Assembly: GCF_002113885.1 (NCBI RefSeq)
Contig: NW_018479984.1
Span: forward strand, 76,388 to 140,387
DNA length: 64,000 bases
Direction: 5' to 3'
From: Mizuhopecten yessoensis
Lineage: Eukaryota
Below are positions 13,130 through 28,214 of this stretch, in pieces. Position numbers and translations under genes: made by a program. The notes beneath the pieces are model-generated. The model was not told the origin of the DNA, searched no databases, and worked only from the letters and a program-made list of their open reading frames with translations. Position 1 is the stretch's first letter. Every line of letters begins with the position of its first letter.

Positions 13130-14600
13130 TAAAGGTGTTATTGATTTATTATTAAAAGATCTTACGCGGTTTTTTACTGTTATTGGTTTATTACAAATAG
13201 ATCTTACACGGTTTTATACTTTTATTGGTTTATTACAAATAGATCTTTCCCCGTTTTTTACTGTCATTGGTTTATTACAAATAGATCTTACTCGGTTTTA
13301 TATTGTCATTGGTTTATTACAAATAGATCTTACTCGGTTTTATATTGTCATTGGTTTATTACAAATAGATCTTACACGGTGTTATACTGTCATTGGTTTA
13401 TTACTAATAGATCTTTCACCGTTTTTTACTGTCATTGGTTTATTACAAATAGATCTTATACGGTTTTATATTGTCCTTGGTTTATTACAAATAGATCTTA
13501 CACCGTTTTATATTGTTATTGGTTTATTACAAACAGATCTTACGCGGTTTTATACTGTTATTGGTTTATTACAAATAGATCTTACGCGGTGTGATACTGT
13601 TATTGGTTTATTACAAATAGATCTTTCACCGTTTTATACTGTCATTGGTTTATTACAAATAGATCTTATACGGTTTTATATTGTCCTTGGTTTATTACAA
13701 ATATATCTTACACGGTTTTATATTGTCATTGATTTATAACAAATAGATCTTTCACGGTTTTATATTGTCATTGGTTTATTACAAATAGATCTTATACGGT
13801 TTTATATTGTCCTTGGTTTATTACAACTAGATCTTACACGGTTTTATATTGTTATTGGTTTTTTACAAATAGATCTTGCACGGTTTTATATTGTCCTTGG
13901 TTTATTACAAATATATCTTACACGGTTTTATATTGTTATTGGTTTTTTACAAATAGATCTTGCACGGTTTTATATTTTTATTGGTTTATTACAAATAGAT
14001 CTTGCATGGTTTTATATTGTTATTGGTTTATTACAAACAGATCTTACGCGGATTTATACTGTTATTGGTTTATTATTAAAAGATCTTACGCGTTTTTTTA
14101 CTGTTATTGGTTTATTACAAATAGATCTTACACGCTGTTATACTGTCATTGGTTTATTACTAATAGATCTTTCACCGTTTTTTACTGTCATTGGTTTATT
14201 ACAAGTAGATCTTACGCGGTTTTATATTGTCATTGGTTTATTTGAAATAGATCTTACATCGTTTTATATTGTCCTTGGTTTATTACAAATATATCTTACA
14301 CGGTTTTATATTGTCATTGGTTTATTACAAATAGATCCTACACGGTTTTATATTGTCATGGGTTTATTACAAATAGATCTTACACGGTGTTATACTGTCA
14401 TTGGTTTATTACAAATAGATCTTACACGGTTTTATATTGTTATTGGTTTATTACAAATATATCTTACGCAGTTTTATACTGTTATTGGTTCATTACAAAT
14501 AGATCTTACGCGGTTTTATACTGTTATTGTTTTATTACAAATAGATCTTACATCGTTTTATATTGTTATTGTTTTATTACAAATAGATATTACATGGTTG
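13130..14600 (+). repeat. 42-bp tandem array, about 35 copies
   Basis: Unit ttattacaaatagatcttacacggttttatattgtcattggt; gives the 14-aa periodic ORFs. Degenerate on both flanks. Confidence 0.97.
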
Positions 14601-15003
14601 AATGCTGCTATAGTTATATTACACCATAGTCTTCAACAGTTCAATAGTGAAGATATGTTTTTCTGGGCATACGTTTCACGCAGTTCCTTAACATAAAGTT
14701 TTATTATAACCAGATCTCTCACGTTTTGTTCTGTTAATGTTTTTAATTAACAAATATCTCACGGTTTTGTAATGTTAAGTGTTTATTAGATAGTTCATAT
14801 CTTATAATGTTAATAGTAAAAAAAAAAAAAATCTCACATGGTTTTATTTTAACAAACAGTTTTCAGTTAGCCTAGATCTCAAACGGCTTTATAATGTTAA
14901 TTTCTTCTATCACGTCTTAAGTTGTTTTCTTAATTATACATCTTATCAAATTTATTTCTAAATCAGCTGGGCTTTTATTAGAAATTAAACACGATATAAT
15001 ACT

Positions 15004-15360
15004 GGGCGGATTGGTCGAGTGGTTAACACTCTGGCATTCAACGAAGCCGGCCGGGGTTCGATCCCCGAAGTCGGCGTACGCATGGATATTCAGAGATTGT
15101 TTTTCTCCTGCCCACACAAATCCAACAACCCAAGTGGAGTATAAATTAGTCTGGGGCGGATGTTGCGGTATCTGTGCTGTAGCATTCAAGTGTGTTGGCA
15201 CTATAGATGATGCCGTTGGAAGCTCAGTCCCACAACAAACAGAACAAATTACATCTCCAGCACACACACAGGCATACGCACATAGGGAAATATCAGCCGA
15301 ATGACATAGGACTAGTAGTTAACGCCTGATACGGCAGCTCCTGCGAAGTCCTCAAAAATT
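15004..15360 (+). mobile_element. tRNA-derived SINE (or tRNA-headed Pol III element)
   Basis: A-box TGGTCGAGTGG at 15012-15022 and B-box GGTTCGATCCC at 15055-15065 within a perfect T-arm hairpin (cggggTTCGATccccg). A ~300-bp GC-richer body follows. The acceptor stem does not pair. The 3' end is approximate. Confidence 0.75.
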
Positions 15361-15767
15361 GTATTGATTAATGTATATAAGTGTATTAATTGTATATATA
15401 TATATGTATTGTTAAGTGCTTTAGAGTGGCTTATGTTAGCTAGATAGGGCGCTATATCAAATGTTTTGTAATAATGTAAAAGTGTGTTGAAAAGTCTAGA
15501 TCGCACACAATCTCCTTAGTGTAAATGTACGTTATTAGGCCTTGATCTGATATTTTTTAATACTAAAGTGTTTAATTGTGCTTTTATCATTTAAGGGCTA
15601 ATTATTATTATTCAAATATCATCATTCAGATTCTATGCTGTAAACATATATCCGCACAACATGGAATTGGGTTTTTTTTGTATCGAAAGAATCAAGTTTA
15701 CACCAGAGCAAAGACAAACATGCATACCATGTAAAATGACTCACCAAGGCCTTTCATGAACCTTAAA

Positions 15768-16210
15768 TCTGACAAATATATCATATCTAGTCACTCATCA
15801 AGAAACTTAACACTGACAAATATATCACATCTAGCCACTCTTCAAGAAACATAACACTGACAACGAAACATAACACTGACAAATATATCATATCTAGTCA
15901 CTCATCAAGAAACATAACACTGACAACGAAACATAACACTGACAAATATATCACATCTAGCCACTCTTCAAGAAACATAACACTGACAACGAAACATAAC
16001 ACTGACAAATATATCACATCTAGCTACTCTTCAAGAAACATAACACTGACAAATATCATATCTTTTCACTCATCAAGAAACTTAACACAGACAAATATAT
16101 AATATCTAGTCACTCATTAAGAAACTTAACACATACAAATATATAATATCTAGTCACTCATTAAGAAACTTAATACTGACAAATGTATGATATCCAGTCA
16201 CTCATTAAGA
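15768..16210 (+). repeat. ~44-bp tandem repeat with 18-bp sub-duplications
   Basis: Unit aacactgacaaatatatcacatctagccactcttcaagaaacat; an insert aacgaaacataacactgac occurs in three copies. Confidence 0.92.
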
Positions 16211-17229
16211 CTAAGCATGAACTTTACCACAAATATAGTACATACAATAAGTCACTTAATTTATGAATGAGCTTAAATTCCCGATACTAAATAATAGTTC
16301 GTTAGTATGTTTTGTTGTACATGTAAAACGCCGAGATAGAAATCGTTTTCAATTGACACATGTTTCTTTGTGAAAGTTATATGACTTGACAAATAGATCC
16401 TACATAAGGTATGAATCAAAAATCGAGAACAGACAAGTGTTAAACAATGTTAATATACAGGACATACATAAACGTAAAAAAATACTTCTGTATAAAAACT
16501 GAAAAAACGTAACATAATTAATGTGCAAAATATAGATCTACGTACACAAGAGTTCAATCAGGAAAAGTACATATACTATACATTAACAAAAATACGTTAA
16601 ACGTGATAATCAATCTGATGTGAAACATACATTAATCTGACGTGAAAGATATAAACGCGTGCATTAAACATACGTTAAATATAAATTCTGCATCAAACGT
16701 GAAACAAACATGGTTACACCGACATATTAAGGCGAAACATACATCAAAGATGCGTCAAAAGTACATTTTACATCAAATACGAAACATACATGATGAACTT
16801 AGAAAACATAATCAAACATTCGCTATACTTGAATCACGTATCAAACGTGATACAAACGTATCAATCAAAAGTGAAAAAAATGCATCCAAGATGCCAAAAA
16901 TAGAAATCTGGTATCTGGGTATTTGAATTCACCGAGTTAAAATACGTGCATTTACGGCTTCGTTTGAGACAAAATGGGACTTCGAGAGAAATACCTATAA
17001 AATACTCTCAGGCTGGTACATTGTAGGACTGTTGGTGGTGAGACCGCGGAAGTTTTACTGTTTTCTCGATATCCGACTTAAATACATTGCCGATATGCCA
17101 AAGATGGTAAATATGTAATACAATTGTCTTCGGTATAATTTGAGATAACAGTTGTGTACCTCATATTTTTCTGTCATTATAAACACATCGTGCAATAACC
17201 AAATATATTATAAAAAATAAAAACTTTAT

Positions 17230-17390
17230 GGTTGGTAATCAATTTGAGCATTTTAGTTCGCTATATTCGCGGTCACCAAGGACAGCACGATTTGTACCTG
17301 GCAATGTTGCGTGAAATAATCCTTGCGAACTATTTCTTATTGGGACAACCGCGAAATATTAAACCCGCGAAATAAAACAACTACACAGTA
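17230..17390 (+). mobile_element. possible non-autonomous DNA transposon end (Tc1/mariner-type MITE remnant)
   Basis: Ends ccgcgaaatattaaacccgcgaaataaaacaactacacagTA, a CAGTA terminus with repeated CGCGAAA. No matching left TIR identified. Confidence 0.4.
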
Positions 17391-20056
17391 ACACAATTAT
17401 AACTTTTGCTGATAGAACGTCAGCTGGAAAAGTTTTCGTGTGTACCTGCTTCACCAAGAACATCGTTACTTTTCTTATTAATGCTTGTTATATCTTAACC
17501 AGAACAGGTACCAAAACATATGTTCGGAATAAAACTCATGTAGTAGATATAATGAGAATTTATTGATAAAAACGCTTTACCGAGGCAGTGTGACCCAAAT
17601 TATTTTTTGTTCCATTTTGTTCCAATCAACCTACTCTGTCTACTCAACAGCTTCAAAGAGCGTTTAATGTAAATAACACCCGGCGTTATAATGATTTTGA
17701 TGATATAACTGCTTTCCTTAAGTTATTGGATCACCCGTCTAATATTAGGAAACTGATGTTCAGGCACAAAATACCGATCTTCCACAACAGATAAAACTAA
17801 ATTGGCAATATACAAATTGACATTTCTTTGTTCTTAATATTATACAACGAATTAACATTAAACTGCAATTCCATGCTTTTCGGTTTAAATCAAATTCTTT
17901 TTGCGAAATAGCGAGTTATTTTCCAGTAGTATATACAGAGATAGACATCCAAACAGTTTTCTAAAAACGTATTTCGTTTTTATTCGTGACAATAAATTGC
18001 AACACATTAGCGTTCCAAATGGAATATCTAATTATGTCAACAGAACTTTGATTTTCTTTCTAATGTATTTTTTTCAAACAGTTGCTACACTAACTTAATA
18101 TACTAAAATAAAATAATTATCTAAGATTGAATCACTGCAAATAAAATTCTTCATATAGTTTCTAAACGTCATTATGAATAATAAAAACAAGTTTAATGGT
18201 CGTCATCATGATTTTTACCATTTTTCCTGTACGATATAGATGTCTTCGTTTTTGCTATGATCGTTACAGTTTCTGTAGTTTCCTATTTACTTTCCTGGTT
18301 CTTTTTGAGACCGTTACGTCACTATGTTTTTTTGTCCTAGGATCACAAGACGTTTATCCTTCACGAATACATGGTCGTGTTGCCGTGAACTTTCCAAAGA
18401 TATCTGTAAAAATATTTGCTTTGTTGGACACTTCGCCAAAATTTCATCATTTTTGAGGTCGAATTTAGGTTCTGATTACACTTCGCTTTTCTCTTGCTTT
18501 CTTCAGATAAAATAATTTCCTGTCAAAAGATCAAGACGGCATTTCAAATAAAAGATTTTGTCTGCGTTACAAGCTGCATATCTCAAAATTTTCTCTCGTT
18601 CCTTTTGTGTTGGTGCCACGCTATTTTCGATTGTAATATCGTTTTTCGTTTCGACTTGACCACATTGTCTTACTCCCATCGAATCCTTACAACGGTATAC
18701 ATCATGACCAGTTTCAAATCTTCTCTCTTGACAGGTTAATAAGTTAATTTTGCGAGACGCTTTGCACATATCAGGTAATTGGCAGTTAGACGTTATCTGT
18801 CCACCCAAAAGGTATCGTCAATACCTCCTCCTCCATCACAGACCAGACAATCCAGGTCACGTCCCCCGTCATCCCCCGAGTGCTCATAATCCAGATCGGT
18901 ACAAATCAAGATGAAAGAACATGTCGTGGACTGTCTACACTCATTTTAAGTCGACATGTACAAATATTTTCTCGACCCCCTTCTTAGGAATCCTCAGATG
19001 TGACACACATCAAACAGTGTTAGCGGTGGACTTTCACATCATATTTTACATATTTGGAGTATTTTCTCAGTGAGACCATAACAGGAATTATGTACACAGG
19101 TAGGTATAAACAATTGTGTTTGTGATGAACAGGTGAGGAATGCCGGTGTTACACAGGTATTACATTGGATGTGTCATATATACATATGGAGATTAAATAT
19201 AATGTCATATAGGTTATACCTTACAAATCAATACGCAGTTTTATTATCGATACATCATTATGTGGTGTCATAAATTTTGAAAGTGACACAGACTTCAGGA
19301 TAAACACTACCAGAAACATATGCATTTAATTGTGTCATATTTATTACCCTTAAACGAAATTTTAATTTATTTAGAATTACATGAAATAAAAATGATAAAA
19401 GTAATATGTGATATAGAGTACAGACAGTTATATTTCAGACCAGCTATGCACATTTGTTTTATGTGACAGGAAATGCCGCTGCATCCTAAGGTATACGCAA
19501 TAGCAACAACTTAAGTAGATACAGACTAGTGGGATTTCTGGGGGGTGGGGCTGCATCAGGTTCAATGAGCCTTTCAGGAGGAAATGACAAATTAAGTATC
19601 TAGACTTGTGTTTCAATGGTTAGAAAAAAGAAATAAGACATTTCTGAAGTATCTTTTGCAAGTAATAATCTTAAATATGCAATTCAAAGACTGCCATTAC
19701 AGAATTAAATAACAAATATATTTAATAGGCATGCAAATAAATTAACATTATATCTTAAACAGTTAAGATACATGCATGTACCTATGTTCTAACGGGCAAG
19801 CAATGTGATTGGTCAGTAATACGCGAAATGCCTACCTATCAATTCAATTTTATAACAATCAGTAAATCAATGTTCAATGTTTAAGTTTCCAGCCTCAGTC
19901 CTGTAGTCAAATGATAACGGGACCTTAAACACTCACATTTTATCTCAAAGATAACAGGGTGAATAGTTGTCTATGGGCGTTAGCGTTGTTGACAATATGC
20001 CTTAATAAAGGGAAATGTTCGGCTGCTAACATCAAACCCCTAATAGAAAACAACCT

Positions 20057-20825
20057 AAGCAAAAACCTTCCGCTACCTTATTCAGGCTCACAACAACCGA
20101 AGCAAAAACCTTCCGCTACCTTATTCAGGCTCGCAACAACTGAAGCAAAAACCTTCCGCTACCTTATTCAGGCTCGCAACAAGCGAAGCAAAATTCTTTT
20201 GCTACCTTATTCAGGCTCGCAACAAGCGAAGCAAAAACCTTTCGCTACCTTATTCAGGCTCGCAAAAACCGAAGCAAAAACCTTCCGCTGCCTTATTCAG
20301 GCTCGCAACAAGCGAAGCAAAAACCTTCCGCTACCTTATTCAGGCTCGCAACAACCGAAGCAAAAACCTTCCGCTACCTTATTCAGACCCGCAACAACAG
20401 AAGCAAAAACCTTCCGCTACCTTATTCAGGCTCACAACAATCGAAGCAAAAACATCCCGCTACCTTATTCAGGCTCGCAACAAGCGAAGCAAAAACCTTT
20501 TGCTACCTTATTCAGGCTCGCAACAACCGAAGCAAAAACCTTCCGCTACCTTATTCAGACTCGCAACAACAGAAGCAAAAACCTTCCGCTACCTTATTCA
20601 GGCTCACAACAACCGAAGCAAAAACCTTTCGCTACCTTATTCAGGCTTGCAACAAGCGAAGCAAAAACCTTCCGCTACATTATTCAGGCTGGCAACAACA
20701 GAAGTAAAAACCTTCCGTTACCTTATTCAGGCTCGCAACAACCGAAGCAAAAACCTTTCGCTACCTTATTCAGGCTCGCAACAAGCGAAGCAAAAATCTT
20801 TCGCTACCTTGTCTCGGCTCGCAAT
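20057..20825 (+). repeat. 43-bp tandem array, about 18 copies
   Basis: Unit aagcaaaaaccttccgctaccttattcaggctcgcaacaaccg, starting at 20057, 20100 and so on. Confidence 0.97.
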
Positions 20826-21379
20826 TCTTTATTGTAAGAAATTATAAAAGACCTCCTATCTGAACCCTGTAAGACCATTAATATGATGGGTAATAACTTG
20901 TAGTGCTGGCCTATCGGTGATGGATCATGCGTATGATTCCACACTTGTTTCTGATTTTATTTATATCTTTTCTTGTTGATATTAACTCAGCCTTGTTACC
21001 TTCTAAGGAGGTTGAACTCTCACAGCTATTATAATCCTTTTAAGACAGTTCCATGTTAAGTGGCGGTAGACGATACTAACAAGGAATTCAGGAAATAACG
21101 TGTATTTAAATTTATATATACTTCATGAAAATATTTATGTGATAACTGGTGACAACTAATAAAAATAAGCCAAGTACTTGCACAATCCTCATTCCCTGAT
21201 GATGCAAGGTTTGATCGAAACGACCTATTCACATCAATTTTATCAGGTGTGTACTTAGACACTCGAAAACACATTCTGCAATTCCACTACGCTAACAGGG
21301 ATGCTAAAAAATATGTCAGGACAGTTGGCAGACATCATAAATATTAGAGTATAATGTTGTGTTAAGCATTAACGGTTGT

Positions 21380-24300
21380 CAAATGTACGCCGACCGCACT
21401 CCCATGTCTATCATACATATCACTACCATACATATAACTACCATACATATCACTACCATCCATATCACTAACATACATATCACTACCATCCATATCACTA
21501 ACATACATATCACTACCATCCATATCACTACCATACATATCAACATATCACTATCATACATATCACTACCATACATATAACCACCATACTCAAATGTACC
21601 CCGACCGCACTCCCATGTCTATCATACATATCACCACCATACCTATAACTACCATACATATCACTACCATACATATAACTACCATACATATCACTTCCAT
21701 CCATATAACTACCATCCATATAACTACCATACATATCACTACCATACATTTCACTACCATCCATATCACTACCATACATATCACTACCATACATATCACT
21801 ACCATACATATCACTACTATACATATCACTGTCATACATATCACTACCATGCATATCACTACCATCCATATAGCTACCATCCATATCACTCCCATACTTA
21901 TCACTACCATACATATCACTACCATACATATCACTACCATCTATATCACTGCCATACAGATCACTACCATCCATATCACTACCATACATATCACCATCAT
22001 ACATATCACTACCATACATATCACTACCATACATATCACTATCATACATATCACCACCATACATATCACTACCATACATATCACCACCATACACATCACT
22101 ACCATCCATATAACTACCATACATATCATTACCATCCATATAACTACCATATATATCACTTTCATACATAGCACCACCAAACATATAACTACCATACATA
22201 TCACCACCATACATATCACGACCATACATAGCACCACCATACATACCACTACCATACATATCACTACCATCCATATCACTAACATACATATCACTACCAT
22301 ACATATCACTACCATACATATCACTACCATACATATCACTACCATACATATCACCACCATACATATCACTACCATAAATATCACTACCATACATATCACT
22401 ACCATCCATATCACTAACATCCATATCACTAACATACATATCATTACCATACATATCACTACCATACATATCACTCCCATACATATCACCACCATACATA
22501 TCACTACCATACATATCACCACCATACATATCACTACCATACATATCAATACCATATATATCACTACCATAAATATCACTACCATACATATCACTACCAT
22601 CCATATCACTAACATCCATATCACTAACATCCATATCACTAACATACATATCAATACCATACATATCACTACCATACATATCACTACCATCCATATCACT
22701 ACCATACATGTCACCACCATACATATCACTACCATACATATCACCACCATCCATATCACTACCATACATATCACTACCATACATATCACTACCATACATA
22801 TCACCACCATACATATCACTACCATACATATCACTACCATCCATATAACTACCATATATATCACCACCATACATAGCACTACCATACATATCACCACCAT
22901 ACATATCACTACCATACATATAACCACCATACATATCACTACCATACAAAACACTACCATACATATCACTACCATACATATCATTACCATCCATATCACT
23001 ACCATACATATCACTACCCTACAGATCACTACCATACATATCAGTACCATCCATATCACTACCATCCATATCACCACCATACATATCACTACAATACATA
23101 TCATTACCATCCATATAACTACCATATATATCACCACCATACATATCACTACCACACATATCACTACCATACATATCACTACCATACATATCATTAACAT
23201 CCATATCACTACCATACATATCACTACCATACATATCACTACCCATACATATCACTATCATACATACCACTACCACACATATCACTACCATACATATCAC
23301 CACCATACATATCACTACCATACATATCACTATCATACATACCACTACCACACATATCACTACCATACATATCACTACCATACATATAACTACCATACAT
23401 ATCACTACCATACATATCAGTACCATCCATATCATTACCATACATATCACCGCCATACGTATCACTACCATACATATCACCACCATCCATATCACTACCA
23501 TACATATCACCACCATACACATCACTACCATCCATATAACTACCATACATATCACTATCATACATATCACCACCATACATATCACTACCACACATATCAC
23601 TACCATACATATCACTACCATACATACCACTACCACACATATCACTACCCTACATATATCACTACCATACATATCACTACCATCCATATCCACCATCATA
23701 CATATCACTACCATACATATCACCACCATACACATCACTACCATCCATATAACTACCATACATATCACTACCATACATATCATTACCATCCATATCACTA
23801 CCATACATATCACTACCATACATGTCACCACCATACATATCACTACCATACATATCATTACCATCCATATCACCACCATCCATATAACTACCATACATAT
23901 CACCACCATACATATCAATACCATACATATCAGTACCATACATATCACTACCATACATATCACCACCATACATATACATATCACTACCATACATATCACT
24001 ACCATCCGTATCACTACCATTCACTATCACTTCCTCACATAACGTCTAGTAGATACATATCACTACCATACATATCACTACCATCCGTATCACTACCATT
24101 CACTATCACTTCCTCACATAACGTCTAGTAGATACATATCACTACCATACATATCACTACCATCTATATCACTATCATACATATCACTACCATATATCAC
24201 TACCATACATATCACTACCATCCATATCACCACCATACATATCATTACTATCCATATCATTACCATACATATCACTACCATACATGTCACTACCATACAT

Positions 24301-25143
24301 ATCACTACCATACATATAACCACCATACATGTCACTCCCATACATATCACTACCATACATATAACTACCATCCATATAACTACCATACATATCACTATCA
24401 TACATATCACCACCATACATATCACTACCATACATACCACTATCATACATACCACTACCACACATATCCCTACCATACATATCACTACCATACATATCAC
24501 AACCATTCATATCACTACCATACATATCATTACCATCCATTTCACTACAATACATATAACTATCATACATATCACTACCATACATATCAGTACCATACAT
24601 ATCACTACCATACATATCACCCATCCATATCACTAACATACATATCATTACCATACATATCACTACCATACATATCACTACCATACATGTCACTACCATA
24701 CATATCACTACCATACATATCATTAACATCCATATCACTACCATACATATCACTACCATACATACCAATACCATCCAAATCACACCCATAAATATAACTA
24801 TCATACATATCACTACCATACATATCACTACCACACATATCACTACCATACATATCCCTACCATACATATCACTACCATCCGTATCACTACCATTCACTA
24901 TCACTTCCTCACATAACGTCTAGTAGATACATATCACTACCATACATATCACTACCACCATCCATATCACTACCATACATATCACCACCATACATATCAC
25001 TACCATACATATCACTACCATCCATATCACCACCATACATATCATTACTATCCATATCATTACCATACATATCACTACCATCCATATCACTAACATACAT
25101 ATCACTACCATTCACTATCACTTCCTCACATAACGTCTAGTAG
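21380..25143 (+). repeat. 15-bp minisatellite (about 240 copies) with duplicated unique head and tail segments
   Basis: Unit catacatatcactac. Head caaatgtac.ccgaccgcactcccatgtcta at 21380 and 21591. Tail ccattcactatcacttcctcacataacgtctagtag at 24017, 24096, 24891 and 25108. Confidence 0.98.
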
Positions 25144-27289
25144 TAAGTACGGTGTATCTGATATATCCCACGGGCTATATTGTAGCTGGAAAGTGGTTTA
25201 CTTCCCGGATAGGAAGCATAACTTCATCCCCTAAAATGACAGTGCTTGATGCGTTTGAGCCTGCTCCCTGCTTGTGTTAACTATAGATCGTAACCTTTTA
25301 TTGGTCTGAAAATTCATTGCTCAGTGGGTCATCAATTATAAACCGGTCGTGTATTTTGTAATGTCTTTGTGGTTGAAATATGATGTTTTGACCGACAAAT
25401 AAGGTGGGGGTGTATTTCCTATCGACACAAGTTTTCCGGTTTTGTTTAGATTTATAAAATGACACCGGTTTTCCCGTTTTGTATAGATTTATGCATCTAT
25501 TTACATTTTATTTTAGGAGAGGGTGTCAGATAAAAAAAAATAGAAAGAAGAAACCGTGTTGTTTTATAGCATTTTAAGCATTTTAGTACGGGAGGCGAAA
25601 ATAAGAAAAAACATATTACGGTATAAAAAGTTGTGATAACTTAATGTATTGGAAAAAGCTCTCCTTTTCTAGAGTGTACTTCACACCTTTGCATGGTCGT
25701 AATTAAGCAACGATACGACCAGCAATTTTATATGGTCCTTTGACCAATTTCTACTTAGCACCTAGAATATCTCTTAGTGTTAAACAATCATACAACCTCA
25801 CACCTTTGTCTGTGATAAGTGTACGAGTTTGTTCTTGTATTTCTATTTCATTTGAAACCATCCAAAAAAACTTTCAACTATTTGCATAATATTATTTACC
25901 TTTCAAATTCACTATCAATTAATCAAATTAGTTCAATAATTCGATTCAGTAAGAGATATCGGTTGCCGGAAATCTTTTAGAAATGAGATATTCGTCACAG
26001 GAATGTAGCATATAACTTTAACTTGTGAGCAGATATGCTTATCGGCAAGCTGTCAGCTTGTAAACTGCCCCGAACAACCCCATGCCACCGTATGATATAG
26101 TTTTACGCAAAATGATTTTATAAGGTTTTGGAAATCCATATCACCACCACCAAATACATTTAGATTTTTTTTTATTTTACCAAATTTCACCTTTTTATCG
26201 TCTGATCATATTACGTTTATAATTATCGTTCGAATTTAATCCTTTTCGGCAGGAATCACAACTTTCTGAAGTACAATAAAGTTTTTAAAAAAGTGTAATT
26301 CCATAACATTATCACATTGGACACCGTGAGTATAGTATTAGTTAACTTTCACTGGGGTATGATCAGATTGATAGGAACTATGAGATGTGTAGCCCCGTGG
26401 AGAGTATAATTACCGCCTTATCTTACAACACCTCCCTCAAATACCATTCGCCACATTAAACACGCTATTTCAAAATTCTAAGACGCACTGAGCTATCTTT
26501 GAACTAAGTTTTAATTTCTTTCGTAACTAATAATTAGTATGTGTGTGTGGTTAGCATCAATACGTCTGGATCCGTGTCCTGTTGAGTCAACACGCTATTA
26601 CAGATTTAGACATAACAGCATTAAACAAGATCTACTCAAAAATCAAAGGTGTCCCTTCTATACTCACACCTTTATATTACGGTGAAGGATAAGGCGTCCG
26701 GCCGATTTCCTTTGTACACCGGTATTTAACGGTGATATATGTATATATTAGTGATATTTTATTATACAAGCCTTACTTAAGGTATCACGCCATTCGTTTT
26801 ACCTAAAGAGAGACCGAAATGTTTACAAAACCTTCTCAATGAAACGAACACTCATCAAATAAATGCTATGTCATACATTTATTGGCGGTTACTACATATA
26901 TAACAGTTCTTTCATTTCTATACGTTGCAATGCTTGTTTTAAAATATGGCATAACGCGCTGAACGGTATATTATCTCATTTCTATAAATACTAGTAGTTT
27001 ACTAAATGTTGCTTTGTGGCATGTCATACAAATTCAAGGATGACGTGTTCTTAAGTGTTTGTAAAACATAAGTGTTAATGAATCGATGAATTAACACTTT
27101 CTGTCACTTTGATTAGTTAAAACTCTGTACTACGGTACCGGTCAGGTTCTCCTATACAGATATTAATCCGAGTCGTAACGAATGTTTACGTTTACAAGTA
27201 ATTAGCAGGATCAGTAGTAAATATTTGATCAATTGAATTCTTTTGGTTGCAGAGCTGTAAACAAAGCCTCGTAAGTTTTACAGAATTAT

Positions 27290-27540
27290 CAGCTCGAACC
27301 CATTCACCCCTGCAGGTCAGGTCGGGGCTTCAGGTTCAGCAATGAAGGGAATGGCAACAACTGGTTCACTCGTTGTCAGTATAATGTGACCGGGCGGAAT
27401 GCTGTGCTGGGTGCCTTCGGTATGGCATTTCAGTGAGATAGCACTATAATGTCGGCATCAGATCCGCGCTATCATATGGAGGCGCGTCTTTAAATGACCT
27501 TAGATGTTAAGAGGACGTTAAACAAAATAAAACCAAACCA
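27290..27540 (+). mobile_element. SINE, probably of the Meta/MESC-domain type, with degraded head
   Basis: The central ctggttcactcgttgtcagtataatgtgaccgggcgg...ttcagtgagatagcactataa resembles the conserved Meta-SINE domain as I recall it (no search run). The simple tail gacgttaaacaaaataaaaccaaacca is shared with 989-1014. Confidence 0.65.
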
Positions 27541-28214
27541 TGTAACTAATTCCTACGCGGCTTGAATCGTTGTTTGTAAAACCACGATATTGATCACTCA
27601 ACGATGTCGTTCATATTATAATAGACCAAAGTTCCACAAAACGTTGCCGTCGTTAATCATGCTTATCTAATTCTCATAAGTTCAATTTCTAAAATTCCAA
27701 AAAGAAACGCTTGTTTAATGTCGTTTTTGAATAAACATGTTTAATCATAGTCAATCGTCGGGGAGCCTCCATTAAGCATGGTACGACTTGCCGATATTAA
27801 ATTTAGCAAGAACCTACGTATGGTCTTACAATCACCTATTTCAAGCATGATATCCAATCGGTACCAAGATAATGTTTCCATCGTGACGTCATAATTATTT
27901 GGTTTTCAGCTGTTCAGCTAAGCCGTTTCTCCTGAAATCGTTTACCTGGCGTCGTTCTTCTGAACTCATTTTCCTGAAGGCGTTCTTCAGAAGTCGTTCT
28001 CCTTAAGTCATCATCATTCAAACATATTTTATTGAAGGAAAAACAATCAAATGGATTGGGCACAAGTTCTGACAACTTACAAGGCCTTCTCCCAACACTG
28101 CAACACACAGTAACTAAAGATATAACACGTGATGACAAAAAGTTCAGCATATATGCATTGACAATCTACTACGCCTGACGTCGTTCTGCTCAAGACGTTT
28201 TCCTGAAGACATTA

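Noticed and set aside
13059-14696. Hydrophobic 14-aa repeat ORFs (IGLLQIDLTRFYIV), superficially LRR- or membrane-like
   Set aside because: Translation of a 42-bp DNA tandem repeat, broken by a stop and frameshifts, with no ATG start for the main frame.
15004-15080. Functional tRNA gene
   Set aside because: No acceptor-stem pairing and no clean anticodon arm; better explained as a SINE head.
19959-20837. 292-aa ORF with a signal-peptide-like N-terminus
   Set aside because: Starts at GTG. The 43-bp unit is not a multiple of 3 and is simply stop-free, so the peptide cycles through all frames; an overlapping frame is also open.
21540-24128. Long ORFs (MYGSD)n, (ITTIH)n and (MVVIC)n resembling shell-matrix or metal-binding proteins
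   Set aside because: The 15-bp repeat is open in several frames on both strands, with frameshifts inside the array and no signal peptide or splice context.
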